Shown piece by piece: positions 55,647 through 60,201 of a stretch of DNA of 60,201 nt; position 1 is the stretch's first letter, and every line of letters begins with the position of its first letter. The stretch lies in the NCBI GenBank assembly GCA_003056205.1, contig LSNS01000006.1, positions 1 through 60,201 of the forward strand. Direction: 5' to 3'. The notes below the pieces were generated by a model. The model saw nothing but the letters and a program-made list of their open reading frames with translations. It did no database searches and was not told the DNA's origin. The stretch comes from Parcubacteria group bacterium M6-OD1-4 (GTDB taxonomy: Bacteria > Patescibacteriota > Patescibacteriia > Patescibacteriales > UBA12465). A program made the position numbers and the translations under genes.

Positions 55647-57296
55647 ATGACTTTAAAAACTCTTTTTAAGAAACAAATTAATAATATCACTGTGGCCGCC
55701 GCTTTAGTGGCCGTCTCGTCTTTGGCTTCCCGTTTTTTAGGTTTGTTGCGAGACCGAATTTTAGCTGGTCAATTTGGTGCTGGACGTTCATTAGATATTT
55801 ATTATGCTGCTTTTCGAATTCCCGATTTAGTCTTTAATATTATCGTTCTGGGGGCTTTATCAGCAGGGTTTATTCCGATTTTTACTTCGGTTATTAAAGA
55901 TTTTAAATGTGAGTTTGCTGATCACAAATCTGGACAAGCCAAAAACTCTGAAGCTTGGAGTTTAGTTAATAATGTTTTAAATATTTTATTTTTAGCCCTC
56001 TTAGGACTCTCCATTATTGGCATCATTTTTGCTCCGGCTCTGACACGAGTTATTGCTCCGGGCTTTTCATTGGCCGCCCAAGCCCGGACTGCCCAGCTCA
56101 CCAGAATTATGTTTCTTTCTCCGTTATTTTTAGGAATTTCGGGTATTCTGGGGGGAATTTTACAATCTTTCAAGAGATTTTTAATTTATTCTTTAGCCCC
56201 AATTTTTTATAATTTAGGAATTATTATCGGTGCTTTATATTTTGTCCAGTGGTGGGGTTTATATGGTTTAGCCTGGGGAGTGGTTTTAGGTGCTATTTTA
56301 CACATGAGTATTCAATTGCCAACTATTCGTCATCTTGGTTTCCGTTATCAATTTAAGTTTAATTGGCGAGATTTGAATACCAGAAAAATTGGTCGGATGA
56401 TGGTTCCTCAAACTTTGAGTTTAGGAGTTTTACAGATTAATTTAGTGATTGTGACAATCATCGCTTCTCGTTTAGCTCATGGTTCTTTAACCATTTTTAA
56501 CCTTGCCAATAATTTACAATCTTTTCCGATTGGAATTTTTGGTTTTTCCTTTGCAATTGCTGCCTTTCCAGTCTTAGCAGCGAATGCTTTCAATCGTGAA
56601 CAGTTGATTAAGACTTTTTCACAAACTTTTCGCAAAATTTTATTTTTTATTATTCCGGCCACAGTTTTAATTATTGCTTTACGAGCGCAAATTATTAGGG
56701 TAATATTAGGTTCTGGGAAATTTAATTGGTCGGATACGGTTTTGACGATGAATACTTTAGGATTCTTCGCCCTTAGTCTATTCGCCCAGGCCACAGTTCC
56801 TTTAATTGTCCGAGTTTTTTATGCTCGTCATGATTCCACCACTCCTTTTTATGTGAGTTTAGTGACGGTAGCTGTTAATACCATCTTAGCGATTATTCTT
56901 GCCCCTCGTTTAGGAGTCACTGGTTTAGCTTTAGCTTTTTCGGTGGCGAGTATTTTAGAATTTGTAATGCTTTGGATTTGGTTGTCAATTATTATTGGTA
57001 ATTTAGATTTAAATCGGACCCTATGGGCGGTTATTAAATTAACTATTAGTGCTATTGCTGGTGGAGCGGCGGCGCAAATTATGAAAGCTTTAATTTGGCC
57101 GTTTATTAATATGAGTAAATTTAGTGGAGTTTTTATTCAATTAGTGAGTGCGGGATTTATCGGAGTAGTTGTCTATCTCGCTTTTTGTTATTTATTAAAG
57201 AGTGAAGAACTTCTAGAATTTATTGCTTCTTTAAACAAGCGCTGGCCTTTCAGAAAAGTTAAAGTTGGTGATCAAGGTGAAGCTCGGGGTCTTTAG
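55647..57296 (+). CDS. murJ: Lipid II flippase
   Basis: SRFLGLLRD, AFRIPD, GALSAGFIPIF. Confidence 0.93.
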   Translation: MTLKTLFKKQINNITVAAALVAVSSLASRFLGLLRDRILAGQFGAGRSLDIYYAAFRIPDLVFNIIVLGALSAGFIPIFTSVIKDFKCEFADHKSGQAKNSEAWSLVNNVLNILFLALLGLSIIGIIFAPALTRVIAPGFSLAAQARTAQLTRIMFLSPLFLGISGILGGILQSFKRFLIYSLAPIFYNLGIIIGALYFVQWWGLYGLAWGVVLGAILHMSIQLPTIRHLGFRYQFKFNWRDLNTRKIGRMMVPQTLSLGVLQINLVIVTIIASRLAHGSLTIFNLANNLQSFPIGIFGFSFAIAAFPVLAANAFNREQLIKTFSQTFRKILFFIIPATVLIIALRAQIIRVILGSGKFNWSDTVLTMNTLGFFALSLFAQATVPLIVRVFYARHDSTTPFYVSLVTVAVNTILAIILAPRLGVTGLALAFSVASILEFVMLWIWLSIIIGNLDLNRTLWAVIKLTISAIAGGAAAQIMKALIWPFINMSKFSGVFIQLVSAGFIGVVVYLAFCYLLKSEELLEFIASLNKRWPFRKVKVGDQGEARGL

Positions 57297-57336
57297 TTTA
57301 TTAATTAAGGACTATAAATTTGTTTAATTTATTATT

Positions 57337-59172
57337 ATGTTGGATATCAATAAAATTAGAAATTTTTGCATCATTGCTCATATTGACCATGGTAAATCTA
57401 CCCTGGCCGATCGGATGTTAGAGATTACGGGAACGGTCGAAAAACGTAAGATGAAAGAACAGATATTAGATGGTTTAGATATTGAGCGAGAGCGGGGGAT
57501 TACAATTAAACTCCAGCCTGTCAGTATGAATTATCAGGGATATCAATTAAATCTTATTGATACGCCGGGACATGTTGATTTTTCTTATGAGGTTTCTCGT
57601 TCTTTAGCAGCGGTGGAAACTGCTGTGTTGCTAGTGGATTGTACTCAAGGGATTCAAGCTCAAACTTTAGCTAATCTTTATTTAGCTTTAGAACAAAATT
57701 TAACAATTATTCCCGTTGTTAATAAAATAGATTTACCAGCGGCTGACGTTGATAAAACCAAACAAGAAATAATTGAACTTTTGGGCTGTGCCCCTGAAGA
57801 AATCATTTGTAGTTCTGGTAAAACTGGGGTGGGTGTTCAAGAAATATTAGCAGCAGTTATGAGCCGTGGTCAACGTCCGATTGAACCCTTGGAGAGTAAA
57901 AAAACTGGAGATAAACATGATTATTTACGTGCTTTAATTTTTGATTCTAAATATGATACCTACCGGGGAGTAGTGGCCTACATTCGTTTGTTTAATGGCT
58001 CATTGAAAATTGGTGATAAAATTAAATTGCTCTCTAATCAAGCGGAAAGTGAGGTTTTGGATTGTGGAATTTTTAAACCCGATTATGTTTCTACGGGAAA
58101 ATTACAAAGTGGCGAAATTGGCTATGTCATTACGGGATTTAAAGAACTGAGTGATTGTCGGGTTGGTGATACTCTAACTCTTAGCACTGATTATTCTCAG
58201 ACTCCCACCATGAATCCTTTACCTGGCTATCAAGAGGTGCGCCCTATGGTTTTTGCGGGAATTTTTCCTCGGGAAGGAAATGATTTTAAAGAATTACGGG
58301 AAGCTTTGGCAAAGTTAAAGTTAAATGATGCCGCTCTCTCTTATGAACCAGAACAATCTGATGCGCTTGGCTTTGGTTTTCGTTGTGGTTTTTTAGGTCT
58401 TCTGCATTTAGAAATTTTTCAAGAAAGATTACGTCGAGAATATAATTTAAATTTAATTGTCACGGTGCCTAGTGTTGCTTATCAAGTTTTTAAAAGTAAT
58501 GGCGAAGAACTTATCATTCGCACCCCGCAACGCTTACCAGATCCGACCCAGATTGTCCGGATTGAAGAACCTTGGGTGAAATTAGATATCATTACTCCCA
58601 AAAAATATCTTGGCAATGTTATTAAACTTGCTCAAGAAAAGAAAGGTCTTTATAAAAATACGGAATATATTTCTACCAGCACTGACGATAGTCGAGTTTT
58701 ATTACACTATGAAATTCCTTTGTCAGAGATTTTAACTGATTTTTATGATAAGATAAAAAGTGTTTCAGCGGGCTATGCTTCCATTAATTATGATTATTTA
58801 GATTATCGCCCGGCTCGTGTAGTGAAGATGAATATTTTAGTTGCCGAAGAAATTATTGAAGCCTTAGCGATTATTGTTCCGATTGATGATGCTTATCGTG
58901 AAGGTCGCAAGATTGTGGAAATCTTAAAGCATAATTTAACTCGACAAATGTTTGCAGTGAAGATTCAAGCAGCGCTTAATGGAAAAATTATTGCTGCTGA
59001 AACTCTCTCGGCACGGCGTAAAGATGTCACCGCTAAATTGTATGGTGGTGATGTGACTCGGAAAAGAAAATTATTAGAAAAACAGAAAAAAGGTAAGAAA
59101 AAAATGATGTTGGCTGGTAAGGGCAGTGTGGATATTTCTCCCGAGACTTTTGTCAAAATTTTAAAAAGATAA
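57337..59172 (+). CDS. lepA: Elongation factor 4
   Basis: AHIDHGKSTLADR, GFRCGFLGLLH, LYGGDVTRKRKLL. Confidence 0.97.
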   Translation: MLDINKIRNFCIIAHIDHGKSTLADRMLEITGTVEKRKMKEQILDGLDIERERGITIKLQPVSMNYQGYQLNLIDTPGHVDFSYEVSRSLAAVETAVLLVDCTQGIQAQTLANLYLALEQNLTIIPVVNKIDLPAADVDKTKQEIIELLGCAPEEIICSSGKTGVGVQEILAAVMSRGQRPIEPLESKKTGDKHDYLRALIFDSKYDTYRGVVAYIRLFNGSLKIGDKIKLLSNQAESEVLDCGIFKPDYVSTGKLQSGEIGYVITGFKELSDCRVGDTLTLSTDYSQTPTMNPLPGYQEVRPMVFAGIFPREGNDFKELREALAKLKLNDAALSYEPEQSDALGFGFRCGFLGLLHLEIFQERLRREYNLNLIVTVPSVAYQVFKSNGEELIIRTPQRLPDPTQIVRIEEPWVKLDIITPKKYLGNVIKLAQEKKGLYKNTEYISTSTDDSRVLLHYEIPLSEILTDFYDKIKSVSAGYASINYDYLDYRPARVVKMNILVAEEIIEALAIIVPIDDAYREGRKIVEILKHNLTRQMFAVKIQAALNGKIIAAETLSARRKDVTAKLYGGDVTRKRKLLEKQKKGKKKMMLAGKGSVDISPETFVKILKR

Positions 59173-59200
59173 AAATTAATTAAAATAATTAGTCAAAAAT

Positions 59201-59299
59201 ATGAAAAGAAAAAAAATAGTGAAGGTTTTGTGGATTATTATTTCTTTTATTGTAGTGGTTTCTATGGTGATGGTCTTTAGTGGTGGCTTTATGTCTTAA
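59201..59299 (+). CDS. 32-aa single-TM microprotein (not in the ORF track)
   Basis: MKRKKIVKVLWIIISFIVVVSMVMVFSGGFMS*; fills the lepA-recJ gap. Confidence 0.55.
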   Translation: MKRKKIVKVLWIIISFIVVVSMVMVFSGGFMS

Positions 59300-59303
59300 A
59301 CTT

Positions 59304-60201
59304 ATGAAAATTTGGAAAATTTTACCGCCAGTTAGTCCTGAGTTTTTAACTGCTCATTCTGAGATTCATCCTCTTTTGCTACAATTAATGTTTAATCGGG
59401 GTCTAAAAGAAACTGCGGATCTCGAGTTAATTATGCAGGATGCTGATTTTTATGATCCTTTTTTGTTTAAGAACATGTCGGCAGCAGTTGATTTAATTAT
59501 TAAACATTTATCGGCTGGTAATAAGATTATGGTTTATGGTGACTATGATGCTGATGGTGTTACCTCGTCCGTTATTTTATTAGAAACTCTGAAAATTTTA
59601 CATGGTCAAGCAGAAGTTTATTTACCAGATAGAACTTCTGAAGGTTATGGTTTAAATCGATTAGCGATTGATCGTTTTGTCCAGGATGGTTTTAAGCTAA
59701 TTATTACCGTTGATAATGGTATTAGAAATAAAGAGGAAGTTCTCTATGCTCAAGAGATGGGTTTAGAAGTACTTATTACCGACCATCATATTCTACCAAA
59801 AAAAGAAGATTTACCTTCTTGTTTGTATCTTGATCCTGCAGACCCTGAAGATAATTATCCTTGGAAGTATTTAGCTGGTGTCGGTGTCGCTTTTAAATTA
59901 ATCAGCGGCTTATTGGCCAAAGCAAAACTATCAGCGACACAAAAAAAATTAATTCAAGATAAAGCTCTGGATTTGGTAGCGGTGGGAACTATTGCTGATT
60001 TGGTAAATATCTTGGGAGAAAATCGATACTTAGTTAAAAAGGGTTTAGAAGTTTTAAACAAGACAAAACGTCTTGGTTTGCGAGAGTTAATTAAAGTGGC
60101 TAAAATTAATCGTGGACGTCCGCTAGAATCTTGGAATGTTGCTTGGCAGATTGGGCCTCGCCTTAATGCTGCTAGCCGTTTGGCTCATGCCAATAGCGCT
60201 T
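59304..60201 (+). CDS. recJ: ssDNA exonuclease RecJ (runs off the window end)
   Basis: YGDYDADGVTS, EGYGL, ITVDNG, TDHH, LAGVGVAFK, GPRLNAASR. Confidence 0.93.
   Translation, partial: MKIWKILPPVSPEFLTAHSEIHPLLLQLMFNRGLKETADLELIMQDADFYDPFLFKNMSAAVDLIIKHLSAGNKIMVYGDYDADGVTSSVILLETLKILHGQAEVYLPDRTSEGYGLNRLAIDRFVQDGFKLIITVDNGIRNKEEVLYAQEMGLEVLITDHHILPKKEDLPSCLYLDPADPEDNYPWKYLAGVGVAFKLISGLLAKAKLSATQKKLIQDKALDLVAVGTIADLVNILGENRYLVKKGLEVLNKTKRLGLRELIKVAKINRGRPLESWNVAWQIGPRLNAASRLAHANSA

Noticed and set aside
112..59156. Other nested or antisense ORFs in the track (e.g. 811+, 966+, 13099+, 25535-, 39717-, 46486-, 51556-, 56477-)
   Set aside because: They lie within or almost entirely overlap well-supported genes and have no independent signals

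Overview
AT-rich bacterial chromosome segment read with genetic code 11. Gene content and the lack of Shine-Dalgarno sites before most housekeeping genes suggest Patescibacteria/CPR (Parcubacteria-like); this is inference. Core genes: holA, murL-murD fusion, polA, gpmA, yebC, ruvC, glgA, ftsK, murE, rpoB, rpoC, ADP-forming acetate-CoA ligase, murJ, lepA, partial recJ and five tRNAs. There are two accessory regions. (1) About 6.9-10.1 kb: a nonsense-inactivated rve/DDE IS with inverted repeats and an AbiE toxin-antitoxin pair beside a tRNA cluster. (2) About 16.5-29.3 kb, the most interesting part. It holds a stand-alone tRNA-like RNA (acceptor stem, T-arm, CCA, no anticodon arm) with a perfect promoter and terminator, and a MerR-HATPase/STAS pair. 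It also holds a TrmB regulator divergent from a ~7.4-kb RNA-rich operon: a ~590-nt structured leader, two small unknown ORFs, a complete type III hammerhead ribozyme, a P-loop NTPase fused to tandem Csx3-like domains, another unknown ORF and a DEAH RNA helicase. Most spacers in this operon carry predicted hairpins and boxA-like motifs. No CRISPR array or cas operon is visible. All structures were folded by eye and no database search was run.
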